Counted from the stretch's first letter, positions 39,609 through 51,010 are shown. The stretch: 64,000 bases of DNA from Clostridia bacterium (GCA_050951325.1 JBMNIW010000003.1:32001-96000), one strand, 5' to 3'. Notes: generated by a model from the letters alone, not told the origin. Program-made: numbers and translations.

Positions 39609-40453
39609 CTCTTACTCCTTATATGTCGTAAAATTTCTTCTTTTGCTTCCTCAATAGTCAAAATATCCTCACGTATGTCCGGATTAATCTTCTTTAGGTT
39701 GCACATCAACCTTGTCACCTGGGGAATTGATAGTCCTATCTCGTCAAGTTTGTCTGCCTGCATGAATATTTCCCTCGGACAGCCTGTCATGACTACTCGG
39801 CCCTTGTTCATTACAACAACATAGTCAGTAAGCCTTGCTATGTCATCCATACTGTGGGATACCAGTACAACTGTTACTCCCTTTTCCTTGTTAAGCTTTT
39901 TTATAAATGCAAGAATTTCATCCCTACCAGCAGGATCAAGTCCAGCCGCTGGTTCGTCAAGTATAAGGTATTCAGGTTTCATTACAATAACACCAGCTAT
40001 TGCACATCTTCTCTTCTGTCCGCCTGATATCTCATAAATGGATTTATCCAAAATGGATTTGTCCAAGCCAACTATTTCAGCAGCCTCCAATACTCTCTCA
40101 GCCATCTGTGCCTCAGTCAGATTTTCTCTCTTTAAGCCAAATGCTATATCCTTGAATACAGTCTCCTCAAACAGCTGGTATTCAGGGTATTGAAAAACCA
40201 GACCTACCTTTCTCCTTATCTCTCTTATGTTCGCATTATTAATCAACTGTTCGTCTATATAAACCCTGCCAGTTTCAGGTCTTAATATTCCATTCAAATG
40301 CTGCACCAAAGTCGATTTTCCACAACCGGTGTGTCCAATAATACCTATGAAGTCTCCTTTTTTCAACTCAATACTAACATCTATCAGGGCTTCTTTTTCA
40401 AAAGGTGTCCCTCTCATGTATGAATAAAACAGGTTTTCAACTCTAATTGACAT
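39605..40453 (-). CDS. ecfA2: ECF transporter ATPase A2
   Basis: GTPFE, GHTGCGKST, FQYPEYQLFEET, SGGQKRR. Confidence 0.94.
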   Translation of the reverse strand: MSIRVENLFYSYMRGTPFEKEALIDVSIELKKGDFIGIIGHTGCGKSTLVQHLNGILRPETGRVYIDEQLINNANIREIRRKVGLVFQYPEYQLFEETVFKDIAFGLKRENLTEAQMAERVLEAAEIVGLDKSILDKSIYEISGGQKRRCAIAGVIVMKPEYLILDEPAAGLDPAGRDEILAFIKKLNKEKGVTVVLVSHSMDDIARLTDYVVVMNKGRVVMTGCPREIFMQADKLDEIGLSIPQVTRLMCNLKKINPDIREDILTIEEAKEEILRHIRSKR

Positions 40454-40457
40454 CCCT

Positions 40458-41318
40458 TTACCTCGCAATCAACGGTTTAATATGCTCTAACGCGTCATCG
40501 ACAGTTATTATATCTCTTGGCAAATCAATTCCCTCATCTGCAAGCTCGTTGACCAGTGTCGTAATCTGAGGTTGTTCAAGTCCCGCTTCCTTTAATTCTT
40601 CCGAACGAATAAAAATCTCCTTCGGCGTCCCCTCCATTATAATCCGGCCATTGTCTATCAATAATACCCTGTCCGCATTCGTTACCTCATCCATATGATG
40701 CGTTATATGGATTATAGTTATCTTGTCTTCCTCATTCAACCTCTTTATAAGGCTCATTACCTCTTTTCTACCAATCGGATCAAGCATGGCGGTTGCTTCA
40801 TCAAGCACTATGCACCTCGGCTTCATAGCCAAAATGCCTGCTATTGCGACTCTCTGCTTTTGGCCTCCTGAAAGATAATGAGGCTCGTTGTGTCTTAGTT
40901 CTGTCAGTCCGGTATACTTCAATGCAAACTCTATTCTCTTTATCATTTCTTCTCTTGGAACACCCAGGTTCTCAGGACCGAATGCTATGTCTTCCTCAAC
41001 GCTTGTACCTATTATCTGGTTGTCTGGATTCTGAAATACCATACCTACATTTTGCCTGATTTCATATAGATATTCTTCGTTGGTTGTATCTATGTCCAAA
41101 ACTGTAACGACACCTTCAGATGGAAATATGAGGGCATTGGCAAGCTTTGCAATGGTGGACTTGCCTGAACCATTCCTCCCAATTATAGCGAGGAACTCTC
41201 CTTCCTTTACTGAAAAGTTGATACCTGATACAGCATAGTTTTCATAATACGTGCTGTCTTCCTCATCATTGAAGTCATATGAATAGTATACATTGTCAAA
41301 GCTTATAAAATATTCCAT
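40458..41318 (-). CDS. ecfA1: ECF transporter ATPase A1
   Basis: GRNGSGKST, FQNPDNQ, LSGGQKQR, DEATAMLDP. Confidence 0.94.
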   Translation of the reverse strand: MEYFISFDNVYYSYDFNDEEDSTYYENYAVSGINFSVKEGEFLAIIGRNGSGKSTIAKLANALIFPSEGVVTVLDIDTTNEEYLYEIRQNVGMVFQNPDNQIIGTSVEEDIAFGPENLGVPREEMIKRIEFALKYTGLTELRHNEPHYLSGGQKQRVAIAGILAMKPRCIVLDEATAMLDPIGRKEVMSLIKRLNEEDKITIIHITHHMDEVTNADRVLLIDNGRIIMEGTPKEIFIRSEELKEAGLEQPQITTLVNELADEGIDLPRDIITVDDALEHIKPLIAR

Positions 41319-41352
41319 CATTTCCTCCGAAAAAGGTATATACCCAAATATG

Positions 41353-41395
41353 AAAAAGGGAATCATAAAACTTTTGTAGAAGTATTATGAATCCC
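41353..41395 (-). terminator. Terminator of the alpha operon after rplQ
   Basis: gggaatcataa...ttatgaatccc long imperfect stem, then UUUUU on the minus strand. Confidence 0.65.
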
Positions 41396-41425
41396 AACAA
41401 TTCCTTATTGCCTTTTTTGTTTTCC

Positions 41426-41947
41426 TCATATAAGTTCGAGTTTGGCCATTACAGAACCGTCGCCGCGCCTTGCATCAAGTTTGTAGATTCTTGTATAACC
41501 GCCGCTCTTTCCTTTGTACTGTACAGCTATCTCATCGAACAGCTTGTTGACAACGTTAATCTTGTTTCCTTCTTCATCCTTTGGCTGATATATCCAGGCA
41601 ATTGCCTTTCTTCTTGCCGCAAGTCTTGAAGGATTGTCAACTCTTACAAGCTCGGTTGTGATTTCTCTTTCTCTAACTCTGTATTCACGACCATTCTTCG
41701 ACTTAACTACGGTTGTTATTGGCTTTCCTTTGCCGTCTACTTTTACCCTGCTAACTGTAGCCTGTTTTGTAGTAAAGTTATCGGCTTCTTTTACTGCAGC
41801 AGCGATCAGTTTCTCAGCAATGCTCTGTACCTCTTTTGCTCTTGTCACAGTGGTAACTATTGAGCCGTGTTGGAGCAAGGCGGTAACGAGACCTCTTAAC
41901 ATAGCCTTCCTCTGATCAGTAGGACGCCCAAGTTTTCTATATCCCAT
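41426..41947 (-). CDS. rplQ: 50S ribosomal protein bL17 (long form with internal insertion)
   Basis: MGYRKLGR..TTVTRAKE; GGYTRI..RRGD; ~50-aa insertion. Confidence 0.97.
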   Translation of the reverse strand: MGYRKLGRPTDQRKAMLRGLVTALLQHGSIVTTVTRAKEVQSIAEKLIAAAVKEADNFTTKQATVSRVKVDGKGKPITTVVKSKNGREYRVREREITTELVRVDNPSRLAARRKAIAWIYQPKDEEGNKINVVNKLFDEIAVQYKGKSGGYTRIYKLDARRGDGSVMAKLELI

Positions 41948-41969
41948 TAATTATTCCCTCCCTAGATTT

Positions 41970-42926
41970 CTACTCTTCGCTGGATTTAAGTGAAAGTCCG
42001 AGAGAAGCAAGCTTTGCAACTACCTCCTCTAGAGACTTTCTACCCAAGTTGCGAACTTTCATCATATCTTCTTCTGTTTTGTTTACAAGATCTCCTACAG
42101 TATTTACTGCAGCTCTCTTCAAACAGTTGTATGATCTGACAGACAGATCAAGTTCTTCTATGTTCATCTCAAGAATTTTCTCTTTCTTGGATGCAGCAGT
42201 ATCTTCAACAGGCTCTTCTTCTTCCTCTTCCTGCTGTGTCAGGTTGACAAATAGACTGAGTTGTTCAGTAAGAATCTTGGCACTAAGACTGATTGCCTCA
42301 TCGGGCATCAAGGCTCCGTTTGTCCACACTTCCAAGGTCAACTTGTCAAAGTCTGTAACATTGCCTACACGAGTGTCTTCTACAAAGAAGTTTACTTTTT
42401 TCACAGGGGTAAAAATAGAATCAATCGGAATGTCTCCAAAAGCCTGATTGGGCATCTTGTTCTTTATCGCTGGTTTCCAACCTGTGCCGTTCTCCACTAT
42501 CATCTCAATATACAGTCTGCCTTTTCCACTAAGCGTTGCAATGTGATGATCTGGGTTCAAAATCTCTACATCGGAATCACATTTGATATCTCCTGCAGTT
42601 ACGATTCCCTGTTCGCTGCTGTCGATATATACAACTTTTCTTTCATTGGTATGAAGCTTTACAGCTATCTCCTTGATGTTCAATATGATTTCCGTTAAGT
42701 CTTCCACCACACCATCTATGGTAGAGAACTCATGCAGGGCACCTTCAACTTTAACAGTTGTGACAGCGGAACCTGGTAGAGAAGAAAGTAAAATCCTTCT
42801 TAACGAATTACCTAAGGTAGTTCCGTACCCTCTTTCCAAAGGTTCAACGACAAAAACGCCTTTTATGCCTTCAGGAGTCTCTTCCGTTGAAACATTCTCA
42901 ATTCTTGGCTTTACAAATTCATTCAT
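41970..42926 (-). CDS. rpoA: RNA polymerase alpha subunit
   Basis: [22 protein letters not shown]; [12 protein letters not shown]; NLGRKS. Confidence 0.99.
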   Translation of the reverse strand: MNEFVKPRIENVSTEETPEGIKGVFVVEPLERGYGTTLGNSLRRILLSSLPGSAVTTVKVEGALHEFSTIDGVVEDLTEIILNIKEIAVKLHTNERKVVYIDSSEQGIVTAGDIKCDSDVEILNPDHHIATLSGKGRLYIEMIVENGTGWKPAIKNKMPNQAFGDIPIDSIFTPVKKVNFFVEDTRVGNVTDFDKLTLEVWTNGALMPDEAISLSAKILTEQLSLFVNLTQQEEEEEEPVEDTAASKKEKILEMNIEELDLSVRSYNCLKRAAVNTVGDLVNKTEEDMMKVRNLGRKSLEEVVAKLASLGLSLKSSEE

Positions 42927-42952
42927 GATTTTACCCTCCCTGGAAAAATTTA

Positions 42953-43579
42953 TTACTTACTGTACAACTCAACAATCAAGTGCTCCTGAATTTCTACATC
43001 CAAATCTTCTTTCGTTGGAACTCCAACTACTGTTGCAGTCAATTTGTCACTGTCAAAGTCCAGCCAGTTAGGGACTGTACGTCCTGAAGTAATATCCAAA
43101 ACCTCTTCGATTCTCTTGGTTCCTCTGCTTTGTTCAGCAAGGGCAACAACATCATTTACAGACAGCAAATATGATGGAATATTAACTCTTCTTCCATTAA
43201 CCGTAATATGTCCATGTCTTACAAGCTGCCTTGCTTCCGCTCTTGACGTACCCAATCCCATGCGGTATACAACGTTGTCAAGTCTTGATTCCAATATAGC
43301 AAGCAGATTTTCACCGGTAACACCTGATTGTTTGCTGGCTTTATCAAAATAGTTGCGGAACTGTTTTTCGAGTACGCCATAAATTCTTCTGGCCTTCTGC
43401 TTTTCACGCAACTGAAGTCCGTATTCACTCATCTTCTTTCTTGCTCTTCCGTGCTGTCCAGGTGCATACTCTCTGCGTGCAACTGGGCATTTATCTGTAT
43501 AACACTTTTCACCTTTAAGGAAAAGTTTTTGACCTTCTCGTCTACAAAGTCTGCAAACTGCATCCGTATATCTCGCCAT
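42953..43579 (-). CDS. rpsD: 30S ribosomal protein uS4 (Zn-binding type)
   Basis: [10 protein letters not shown]; LESRLDN; ARQLVRHGH. Confidence 0.99.
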   Translation of the reverse strand: MARYTDAVCRLCRREGQKLFLKGEKCYTDKCPVARREYAPGQHGRARKKMSEYGLQLREKQKARRIYGVLEKQFRNYFDKASKQSGVTGENLLAILESRLDNVVYRMGLGTSRAEARQLVRHGHITVNGRRVNIPSYLLSVNDVVALAEQSRGTKRIEEVLDITSGRTVPNWLDFDSDKLTATVVGVPTKEDLDVEIQEHLIVELYSK

Positions 43580-43597
43580 TAAATATCTACACCTCCG

Positions 43598-43996
43598 TTA
43601 TACTCTTCTTCTCTTTGGCGGTCTGCACCCGTTGTGAGGAATTGGAGTCTCGTCCTTAATCACACTGATTTCCAGACCTGCAGCTTGCAATGCTCTAATT
43701 GCAGCCTCACGACCAGATCCTGGTCCTCTAACAAGGACTTCAACTGTCTTCAAACCATGTTCCATCGCAGCTCTTGCAGCGGTATCAGCAGCTGATTGTG
43801 CCGCAAACGGAGTGCTCTTTTTAGATCCTCTAAATCCCAATTGTCCGGCACTAGCCCATGACAATGTATTTCCCTGCTTGTCTGAGATAGTTACTATGGT
43901 GTTGTTGAAGCTTGAACGGATGTGCGCAATACCGTGTTCAACGTTTTTGCGTTCTCTTCTTTTTACTCTGCTTCTCTTAGCTGTTTTTACTGCCAT
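43598..43996 (-). CDS. rpsK: 30S ribosomal protein uS11
   Basis: [28 protein letters not shown]. Confidence 0.99.
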   Translation of the reverse strand: MAVKTAKRSRVKRRERKNVEHGIAHIRSSFNNTIVTISDKQGNTLSWASAGQLGFRGSKKSTPFAAQSAADTAARAAMEHGLKTVEVLVRGPGSGREAAIRALQAAGLEISVIKDETPIPHNGCRPPKRRRV

Positions 43997-44015
43997 GCTT
44001 TAGTCAAACCTCCCA

Positions 44016-44384
44016 TTACTTTCTCTTGCCTGCTACGGTCTTTGCAGGACCTTTACGGGTTCTTGCATTCGTCTTGGTCCTTTGACCACGCACAGGAAGT
44101 CCCATCCTGTGTCTTCTACCTCTGTAACATCCAATTTCCATGAGACGTTTGATATTAAGATTTACCTCTCTGCGAACATCACCTTCAACGTGGTATTCTT
44201 TATCTATAACATCTCTTAAACTATTTACTTCTTCATCAGTCAGATCTCTGACTCTTGTATCGGGGCTAATACCGGTTTTGTTAAGGATTTCTTTTGCAGT
44301 TGATCTGCCAATACCGTATATATATGTCAACCCGATTTCAATTCGCTTGTCTCTTGGCAAGTCTACACCTGCTATACGAGCCAT
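44016..44384 (-). CDS. rpsM: 30S ribosomal protein uS13
   Basis: [28 protein letters not shown]. Confidence 0.99.
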   Translation of the reverse strand: MARIAGVDLPRDKRIEIGLTYIYGIGRSTAKEILNKTGISPDTRVRDLTDEEVNSLRDVIDKEYHVEGDVRREVNLNIKRLMEIGCYRGRRHRMGLPVRGQRTKTNARTRKGPAKTVAGKRK

Positions 44385-44440
44385 TAAAGAAAACACCTCC
44401 AAATAATTTTACAATAAATATAGAATAATAATAAATATAT

Positions 44441-44495
44441 AATAACACATTAGACATGAAATTTCTTTCATGCAGCCGCTTCCAATGTGATTATT
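44441..44495 (-). ncRNA. Structured RNA in the rpmJ-rpsM spacer (candidate ribosomal-protein leader)
   Basis: AAUAAUCACAUUGG-[AAGCGGCU bulge]-GCAUGAAA-GAAA-UUUCAUGU-CUAAUGUGUUAUU: ~21-bp hairpin with GNRA loop. Confidence 0.55.
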
Positions 44496-44499
44496 TTAC

Positions 44500-44616
44500 C
44501 TAGCCTTGTTTCTGCTTGTGCTTTGGATAAGCAGTACAGATAACCATTACTTTTCCTTTTCTCTTTATAACCTTGCATTTGTCACAAATGGGTTTTACTG
44601 ATGGTCTTACCTTCAT
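44500..44616 (-). CDS. rpmJ: 50S ribosomal protein bL36 (not in ORF track)
   Basis: Hand translation [38 protein letters not shown]; AGGAGG RBS. Confidence 0.98.
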   Translation of the reverse strand: MKVRPSVKPICDKCKVIKRKGKVMVICTAYPKHKQKQG

Positions 44617-44637
44617 TAAAACAAACCTCCTTTAAAG

Positions 44638-44853
44638 CTACTTGCGCCATGTTATTCTGCCACGACTGAGGTCATAGGGGCTAATTTCCACAGTTACCCT
44701 GTCGCCTTGCAGAATACGTATATAGTTAGTCCTTAACTTTCCGGATATGTGCGCAGTTACCACGTGTCCGTTGTCAAGGGTTACCTTGAAAAAACAGTTT
44801 GGAAGTACATCTGTTACTGTACCTTCAACTTCAATTACATCTTCTTTTGACAA
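44638..44853 (-). CDS. infA: Translation initiation factor IF-1
   Basis: [25 protein letters not shown]. Confidence 0.99.
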   Translation of the reverse strand: MSKEDVIEVEGTVTDVLPNCFFKVTLDNGHVVTAHISGKLRTNYIRILQGDRVTVEISPYDLSRGRITWRK

Positions 44854-44865
44854 ATTACACTCCTC

Positions 44866-45633
44866 CTATTTATATAGTGTAGTTAGTATTGGTTCATTAT
44901 CTGTAATAATTACAGTATTTTCATAATGAGCAGAAAATTTGCCATCCGCCGTCAATACAGTCCAATGATCGGATGCCATTCTAATATTACTCATACCAGC
45001 ATTCACCATTGGCTCTATTGCCAGTGACATGCCGGAAACCAACCTAGGTCCTGGAATCCGTGACCTATAATTTGGAATTTCCGGCCCCTCATGCAATTCT
45101 TTCCCAATTCCATGACCGGTAAACTCCCTAACCACGGAAAATCCGTTTTTTTCTACATAATCCTGAATGTTTCCGGATATATCTATTATACGGTTGCCCG
45201 TATATGCTTTCTTGATACCCTCAAAGAAGCTGTTTTGGGTTACTTCTATCAATCTTAAAGCTTCTTCGGAACATTTGCCTACAGGATAAGTCCTTGCTGC
45301 ATCGCCATGATAGCCATTGTATAGTGCTCCAACATCAATGCTGATTATGTCTCCTTCTTTCAGTACCCTGTTGCCAGGTATACCATGAATCACCTCGTCA
45401 TTTATCGAGGTACAGATTGCTGCTGGAAACGGCTTTGCGCGGTGCGAGCCCTTAACTCCTTTAAAAGAGGGAAAAGCACCACACTTTATTATATAATTTG
45501 TAGCAATTCTGTCAAGTTCTTTTGTAGTAATTCCTGGTTCTACCTTCTCTTTAAGCAGTTCCAGAACCTCAAAAACTATTCTGCCTGCAGTTTTCATTTG
45601 TTCGATTTCATACCTTGTTTTGATATTAATCAT
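44866..45633 (-). CDS. map: Methionine aminopeptidase type I
   Basis: SINDEVIHGIP, DVG..GDAART, GHGIG..HE, AIEPM, SAHYENT. Confidence 0.98.
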   Translation of the reverse strand: MINIKTRYEIEQMKTAGRIVFEVLELLKEKVEPGITTKELDRIATNYIIKCGAFPSFKGVKGSHRAKPFPAAICTSINDEVIHGIPGNRVLKEGDIISIDVGALYNGYHGDAARTYPVGKCSEEALRLIEVTQNSFFEGIKKAYTGNRIIDISGNIQDYVEKNGFSVVREFTGHGIGKELHEGPEIPNYRSRIPGPRLVSGMSLAIEPMVNAGMSNIRMASDHWTVLTADGKFSAHYENTVIITDNEPILTTLYK

Positions 45634-46277
45634 TTTGTTATGTCTATTGCCTCCAATATGTTCTTAAGCGTTTGCTCATAACTTTCCATACCTTTTGCGT
45701 TTCTCAATATTTTCCGTGCAGCGTAATAGTTTAACAAAGGCTCGGTTTGATTATGATATGATATGAATCTCTCTTTGATTATCTCTATCTTATCATCATC
45801 TCTTTTCACCAATTTACCACCACACTTAGGACAAGTGTCGTTCTTAACGCAGGTCTGAGACAAGCTGAATGTGCTCTTGCATTGAGAGCAAACCCTTCTT
45901 GACAACAACCTTTGTATCAATACATCCTCTTCAACAAGAATGTTGACTACATAATCAACCTTCCTGTTCTTTCCCTCAAGAAACTTGTCAAGCTCTTCAG
46001 CCTGAACAAGAGTTCTTGGAAAACCATCCAGAATGAAACCATCATCACAATCTTCTTTGCTTAATCTGTCTTTTACTATGGACATTGTGATTTCATCCGG
46101 CACCAACATACCTTTGGAAATATACTTATCTGCTACAATACCCAGTTCGGTTTGTTGGGAGATATTATCTCTAAAAATATCACCTGTAGATATATGAGGT
46201 ATGTTCAGCATCTCTGATAGTTTCTTTGCATGTGTTCCCTTACCTGCACCTGGTGCTCCAACAAAAATAATATTCAC
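45630..46277 (-). CDS. adk: Adenylate kinase (Zn-binding LID)
   Basis: GAPGAGKGT, HISTGD, LDGFPRT, CSQC..CPKC. Confidence 0.98.
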   Translation of the reverse strand: MNIIFVGAPGAGKGTHAKKLSEMLNIPHISTGDIFRDNISQQTELGIVADKYISKGMLVPDEITMSIVKDRLSKEDCDDGFILDGFPRTLVQAEELDKFLEGKNRKVDYVVNILVEEDVLIQRLLSRRVCSQCKSTFSLSQTCVKNDTCPKCGGKLVKRDDDKIEIIKERFISYHNQTEPLLNYYAARKILRNAKGMESYEQTLKNILEAIDITK

Positions 46278-46346
46278 TGCCAGACCTCATTTCTTTTCAA
46301 CATTCATGAGAGTTTAGCAAGTAAACTCCCATGAAATTAAGTTCTA

Positions 46347-47672
46347 TTACTCCAAGAATCCTTTGTAATGTCTCATCAACATCTGTGATTCGAGCTGTCT
46401 TACTGTTTCAAGTGCAACACCAACCAGAATCAACACTGTGGTTCCTCCAAACCAGAGATTCAAACTTCCCAAATTCTTGTAGAACAGTGACGAAACCTTC
46501 TGCAAAAAGCTTGGCAAAACTGCCAGTGCTGCGAGGAAGAAAGCACCAAATGTTGTTATCTTTCTGGATGAATTCTTTATGAATTCTACAGTTGGTCGTC
46601 CTGGCCTCAAGCCTGGAATGAATCCACCATTCTTCTTCAGGTTGTTTGCTATGTCTACAGGATCGAAATATACCATGTTGTAGAAAAATGTAAAAGCAAC
46701 AATCAGAACAGCATACAGAAGCAAATACCACCATGAGTTGTTGAAATTATTCAACCAAGTGTCAAATTTCGAACCCCTTGCAGTAAACGCAACAATTGTT
46801 GCTGGGAACTGTAGCATTGACATTGCAAAGATTATTGGTAGTACGCCGGAAGAATTGACTCTAAGGGGTATGTGAGTATTCTGTCCACCATAGATTTTTC
46901 TTCCTACAACCCTCTTTGCATATTGTACTGGTATTCTACGCTCTCCGCCTTCCATCCATACAACCGCCATAATGACAGCCAGGAACACAATCAAGATTGC
47001 CAATACTATTACTATTCTCAATACCAAGTGTAATCCAGCAAGAATTTCCTTGCCTGAGAGCAATCCATAAAGCATCCTTGCAGCACTTGGAGCGTTTGCA
47101 ACAATACCAGCAAAAATAATCATTGATATTCCATTTCCAATACCTACCTCAGTAATCTTTTCTCCCAGCCATACAAGTATTGCGGTACCTGTGGTGAAAG
47201 AAATAACAATAAGCAGGAAAGTAAATGCGGATGAAATAAAGCTGTTGCCAATTGTTATTGTAAATCCTTCAACCTGGATGTAGAGCATGATTGCCTGGAA
47301 AAGCCCTAAACCCAAAGCAACGTATCTTGTTATCCTAGTTATAACCTTTCTGCCTTCCTGTCCTTCCTTCTGCAGTTTCTCAAGAGCAGGAATGGCAACG
47401 GTCAAAAGCTGCATGATAATGGAAGCGTTGATGTATGGTGATATACCCATGGCAAAAATGGATATGTTTCTAAAAGCGCTTCCTGTCAACAGATCCATAA
47501 ATTTGAAAAGACCGTTCCCGGCAAGCGATGTCAAAGCATCCGCTTCCAAGCCGGGAATAGCTATAAAGCATCCAATTCTAAAGATTACGACGAGCAATAG
47601 TGTCATATAAATCTTTTTTCTTAATTCGGGAATTTTAAAAGCGTTGACTACAATAGTGAATAAACTCTTCAA
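46347..47672 (-). CDS. secY: Preprotein translocase SecY
   Basis: SIFAMGISPYINASII, GIGNGIS, FIPGLRPG, YKGF. Confidence 0.99.
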   Translation of the reverse strand: MKSLFTIVVNAFKIPELRKKIYMTLLLVVIFRIGCFIAIPGLEADALTSLAGNGLFKFMDLLTGSAFRNISIFAMGISPYINASIIMQLLTVAIPALEKLQKEGQEGRKVITRITRYVALGLGLFQAIMLYIQVEGFTITIGNSFISSAFTFLLIVISFTTGTAILVWLGEKITEVGIGNGISMIIFAGIVANAPSAARMLYGLLSGKEILAGLHLVLRIVIVLAILIVFLAVIMAVVWMEGGERRIPVQYAKRVVGRKIYGGQNTHIPLRVNSSGVLPIIFAMSMLQFPATIVAFTARGSKFDTWLNNFNNSWWYLLLYAVLIVAFTFFYNMVYFDPVDIANNLKKNGGFIPGLRPGRPTVEFIKNSSRKITTFGAFFLAALAVLPSFLQKVSSLFYKNLGSLNLWFGGTTVLILVGVALETVRQLESQMLMRHYKGFLE

Positions 47673-47673
47673 T

Positions 47674-48117
47674 TTATATCACCTCAGCCTTTCCCCCTAT
47701 GCTCTCAATCTTCTCAGCTGCAGTCTTTGAGTACTTAGCAGCTCTAACGGTCAACTTCTTTTCAAGTTCACCAGTTCCGAGAACACACAAGCCGTCATGC
47801 TCTTTCTTGATAAGGCCTGCTTCAATAAGTTCCTTTGCACTTACTACGCTGCCATCTTCGAATATATTCAAGTCTTCGACATTGACTTCAGCATAAACCT
47901 TTGCAAATCTTTTGTTATTGAAACCGCGCTTTGGTATCCTTCTATAAAGAGGTGTCTGACCGCCTTCAAAGCCAGGTCTTACTCCACCACCAGAACGTGC
48001 CTTTTGACCCTTATGGCCTCTACCAGCTGTTTTTCCGTTTCCAGAACCATGTCCTCTTCCTTTTCTGAAAGCTTTAGTTGTAGAACCACTTGCAGGTCTT
48101 AACTCACCAAGTTTCAT
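47674..48117 (-). CDS. rplO: 50S ribosomal protein uL15
   Basis: [25 protein letters not shown]. Confidence 0.99.
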   Translation of the reverse strand: MKLGELRPASGSTTKAFRKGRGHGSGNGKTAGRGHKGQKARSGGGVRPGFEGGQTPLYRRIPKRGFNNKRFAKVYAEVNVEDLNIFEDGSVVSAKELIEAGLIKKEHDGLCVLGTGELEKKLTVRAAKYSKTAAEKIESIGGKAEVI

Positions 48118-48130
48118 TACTCACACCTCC

Positions 48131-48304
48131 TTAGATCTCTTCAACTTTTACTAAGTGATTAACCTTCTGTATCATTCCTCTGATTTGAGGATTATCCTTA
48201 TGTGTGACAGAACTACCTGTCTTTCTTAATCCTAACGCTCTAACGGTAGCAACCTGCTTTTTATTCGAACCGGTAGTGCTTCTTACTAATGTTATCTTAA
48301 GCAT
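48131..48304 (-). CDS. rpmD: 50S ribosomal protein uL30
   Basis: [26 protein letters not shown]. Confidence 0.97.
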   Translation of the reverse strand: MLKITLVRSTTGSNKKQVATVRALGLRKTGSSVTHKDNPQIRGMIQKVNHLVKVEEI

Positions 48305-48314
48305 CATAATCCCC

Positions 48315-48815
48315 CTATTCAAGAATTTCATCTACAGTCTTACCGCGAAGTTTGGCAACCTCTTCCACTGTGACAAGCTGCTTAAGAGCTTCAATTGTTG
48401 CATATACGATGTTTATCTGATTGGGAGAACCCAAGGATTTGGTCCTAATGTCCCTAATACCCGCAAGCTCACATACCGCTCTTACAGGGCCGCCTGCTAT
48501 AACTCCGCTACCTTCGCTAGCTGGTTTGAGCAGAACCTTGGCTGCTCCAAATTTTCCTATAATCTCATGAGGGATCGTAGTATTAACCATAGGAACCTTG
48601 ATAATATTCTTTCTGGCTTTCTCAGCACCTTTACGAATAGCGTCAGCTACTTCGTTTGCCTTGCCCAGTGCAGCACCTACATGTCCTTGTCCGTCTCCGA
48701 CAACAACAAGAGCACTCCATCTGAAATTACGACCACCTTTGACAACCTTGGTAACCTTACCAAGATGGACAAGTTTTTCAGTAAATTTCTTTTCGTCTAT
48801 ATTCATATGTTCCAT
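48315..48815 (-). CDS. rpsE: 30S ribosomal protein uS5
   Basis: [20 protein letters not shown]; ATG 48815 after GGAGG. Confidence 0.98.
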   Translation of the reverse strand: MEHMNIDEKKFTEKLVHLGKVTKVVKGGRNFRWSALVVVGDGQGHVGAALGKANEVADAIRKGAEKARKNIIKVPMVNTTIPHEIIGKFGAAKVLLKPASEGSGVIAGGPVRAVCELAGIRDIRTKSLGSPNQINIVYATIEALKQLVTVEEVAKLRGKTVDEILE

Positions 48816-48834
48816 TCCATAATCCTCCCCGTTA

Positions 48835-49203
48835 TTAGAAGTCCAGACCAGCTTCTCTTGCCGCTTCTGCCAAACCTGCAACTCTGCCGTGGTAAACGTA
48901 TCCGCCGCGGTCAAATACAACCGTTGTTATGCCCTGCGCCTTTGCTCTCTCTGCAATCAGCGTACCGACAGCTTTTGCGGCTTCTACATTTCCAAAAGAC
49001 TCGAACTTATCTCTGATGGATTTGTCCAATGTAGAAGCAGAAACCAATGTTCTTCCGGTTGTGTCATCTATTATCTGAGCATACACATGAGACAAACTTC
49101 TATAAACATTTAATCTCGGACGCTCGGGGGTACCAAAGACTTTCTTTCTGACGCGATCATGTCTTCTTTTGCGTATATCATTTCTACTCATTTTTCTTGT
49201 CAT
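48835..49203 (-). CDS. rplR: 50S ribosomal protein uL18
   Basis: [21 protein letters not shown]. Confidence 0.99.
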   Translation of the reverse strand: MTRKMSRNDIRKRRHDRVRKKVFGTPERPRLNVYRSLSHVYAQIIDDTTGRTLVSASTLDKSIRDKFESFGNVEAAKAVGTLIAERAKAQGITTVVFDRGGYVYHGRVAGLAEAAREAGLDF

Positions 49204-49223
49204 TATAGTCTCACTCCCTCTTA

Positions 49224-49769
49224 CTACTTACCTGAGCCGGACTTGCCTTCTTTACGTCTGATGACTTCATCAGAGTACTTGATACCTTTACCCTTGTAAG
49301 GCTCTGGTTTCCTCTTGCTTCTTATCTTGGCAGCAAACTCACCAACGGCCTGCTTGTCGGCACCCTTGACAATTATTCTGTTGGCAGCTGGCACTTCCAC
49401 TGTAATACCTTCTGGTTCTTCCATTTCAATAGGATGTGAATAACCTAGGTTCAATACGAGTTTGTTGCCTTGCTTTGCGGCTCTATATCCAACACCGTTT
49501 ATCTCCAATGTTTTTTCAAATCCCTTTGTTACTCCTTCAATCATATTGAAAATAAGAGTTCTGGTCAATCCATGAAGTGAACGGTCAAACTTTTCATCCG
49601 ATGAACGCTCAACAATAATATTGTTGTCCTCAATCTTTATAGAAATGTTAGGATGAAACTTGTTTTCCAATGACCCTTTGGGTCCTTTAACCTGAACTAC
49701 ATTTCCATTGGATAGAGTTACATTTACTCCGTCCGGAATTGCAACAGGTTTCTTTCCTATTCTCGACAT
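49224..49769 (-). CDS. rplF: 50S ribosomal protein uL6
   Basis: [23 protein letters not shown]. Confidence 0.99.
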   Translation of the reverse strand: MSRIGKKPVAIPDGVNVTLSNGNVVQVKGPKGSLENKFHPNISIKIEDNNIIVERSSDEKFDRSLHGLTRTLIFNMIEGVTKGFEKTLEINGVGYRAAKQGNKLVLNLGYSHPIEMEEPEGITVEVPAANRIIVKGADKQAVGEFAAKIRSKRKPEPYKGKGIKYSDEVIRRKEGKSGSGK

Positions 49770-49825
49770 TTTCTTTCCTCCGATCTTAAAATTATGAACA
49801 ATCCAATTGTCCTTTTCAGATTTTC

Positions 49826-50224
49826 TTACCAAACGTAAGCCAGAACTTCTCCGCCTACGCCAAGCTTTCTTGCTTTCTTATCCGTCATAATACCCTTCGA
49901 TGTTGAAACTATTGCGATTCCAAGTCCACCCAAAACTCTGGGCAATTCGTCCTTCTTAGCATACACTCTTAAGCCGGGTTTACTTATTCTCTTTATTCCG
50001 GAGATAACATGCTTTTTCGTAGGAGTATACTTCAGAGTTATTCTTAGAATTCCCTGTCTCCCATCATCGATTTTAACTACTTCCCTTATATATCCTTCTT
50101 CCAACAAAATGTCGGCAATTGAAGCCTTAACCTTAGACGAAGGGATATCAACGGTTTCGTGTTTTGCACTGCCTGCATTTCTGATACGTGTCAGCATATC
50201 AGCTATAACATCTGTCACTTGCAT
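49826..50224 (-). CDS. rpsH: 30S ribosomal protein uS8
   Basis: [29 protein letters not shown]. Confidence 0.99.
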   Translation of the reverse strand: MQVTDVIADMLTRIRNAGSAKHETVDIPSSKVKASIADILLEEGYIREVVKIDDGRQGILRITLKYTPTKKHVISGIKRISKPGLRVYAKKDELPRVLGGLGIAIVSTSKGIMTDKKARKLGVGGEVLAYVW

Positions 50225-50248
50225 ATTTGCTGCCTCCTTCTTTATAGC

Positions 50249-50434
50249 CTACCAGCTTGATTTCTTTACACCGGGTATCTGGCCTTTATACGCTAACTCT
50301 CTAAAGCATATACGGCATATGCCGAACTTCCTTAAATACGCACGAGGACGTCCGCAAAGTTGACACCTGTTGTATGCTCTGGTTGAATACTTGGGTTCTC
50401 TTTTTTGTTTTATTTTCATTGATTCTTTTGCCAC
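50249..50434 (-). CDS. rpsN: 30S ribosomal protein uS14 (Zn-binding type Z)
   Basis: [16 protein letters not shown]. Confidence 0.98.
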   Translation of the reverse strand: MAKESMKIKQKREPKYSTRAYNRCQLCGRPRAYLRKFGICRICFRELAYKGQIPGVKKSSW

Positions 50435-50449
50435 AATCAATACCTCCCG

Positions 50450-50989
50450 TTACTGTCGATAAGGCATTCCCATGAGCCCTAACAACTCTTTTGCCTCTTC
50501 ATCGGTTTTAGCAGTGGTTACGATGATAACATCCATACCCCTGACCTTGTCAATCTTATCATAGTCTATCTCTGGAAATATGATTTGCTCCTTTATTCCC
50601 AGGGCATAGTTTCCTCTTCCGTCAAAGGAATTTGGAGAAACGCCGTGGAAGTCTCTAATACGGGGCAAAACTATGTTCACCAACTTATCCAGAAAAGCAT
50701 ACATGCGGGCTCCTCTGAGAGTGACCTTGATTCCTACATTCATACCTTCCCTGAGCTTGAAAGCAGCAATAGATTTCTTTGCCTTGGTTACAACAGGTCT
50801 CTGTCCCGTTATCAATGAAAGATCTTCTATTGCAGAATCAATGGCCTTTGGGTTTTCTCTTGCTTCTCCGAGACCCATATTGACAACAATCTTCTCAACT
50901 TTAGGAACCTGCATAACACTCTTATAGTTGAATTTTTCCATCATTGCAGGAATTATTTCGTTTTGATATTTTTCCTTAAGCCTTAACAT
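50450..50989 (-). CDS. rplE: 50S ribosomal protein uL5
   Basis: [25 protein letters not shown]. Confidence 0.99.
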   Translation of the reverse strand: MLRLKEKYQNEIIPAMMEKFNYKSVMQVPKVEKIVVNMGLGEARENPKAIDSAIEDLSLITGQRPVVTKAKKSIAAFKLREGMNVGIKVTLRGARMYAFLDKLVNIVLPRIRDFHGVSPNSFDGRGNYALGIKEQIIFPEIDYDKIDKVRGMDVIIVTTAKTDEEAKELLGLMGMPYRQ

Positions 50990-51010
50990 TTTTTAGCCTC
51001 CTTGAGTTCC

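Noticed and set aside
48204-49016. 270-aa plus-strand ORF, and similar ones at 2480-3250, 3129-3698 and 28321-28998
   Set aside because: Antisense to well-supported conserved genes, with no RBS or recognisable motif
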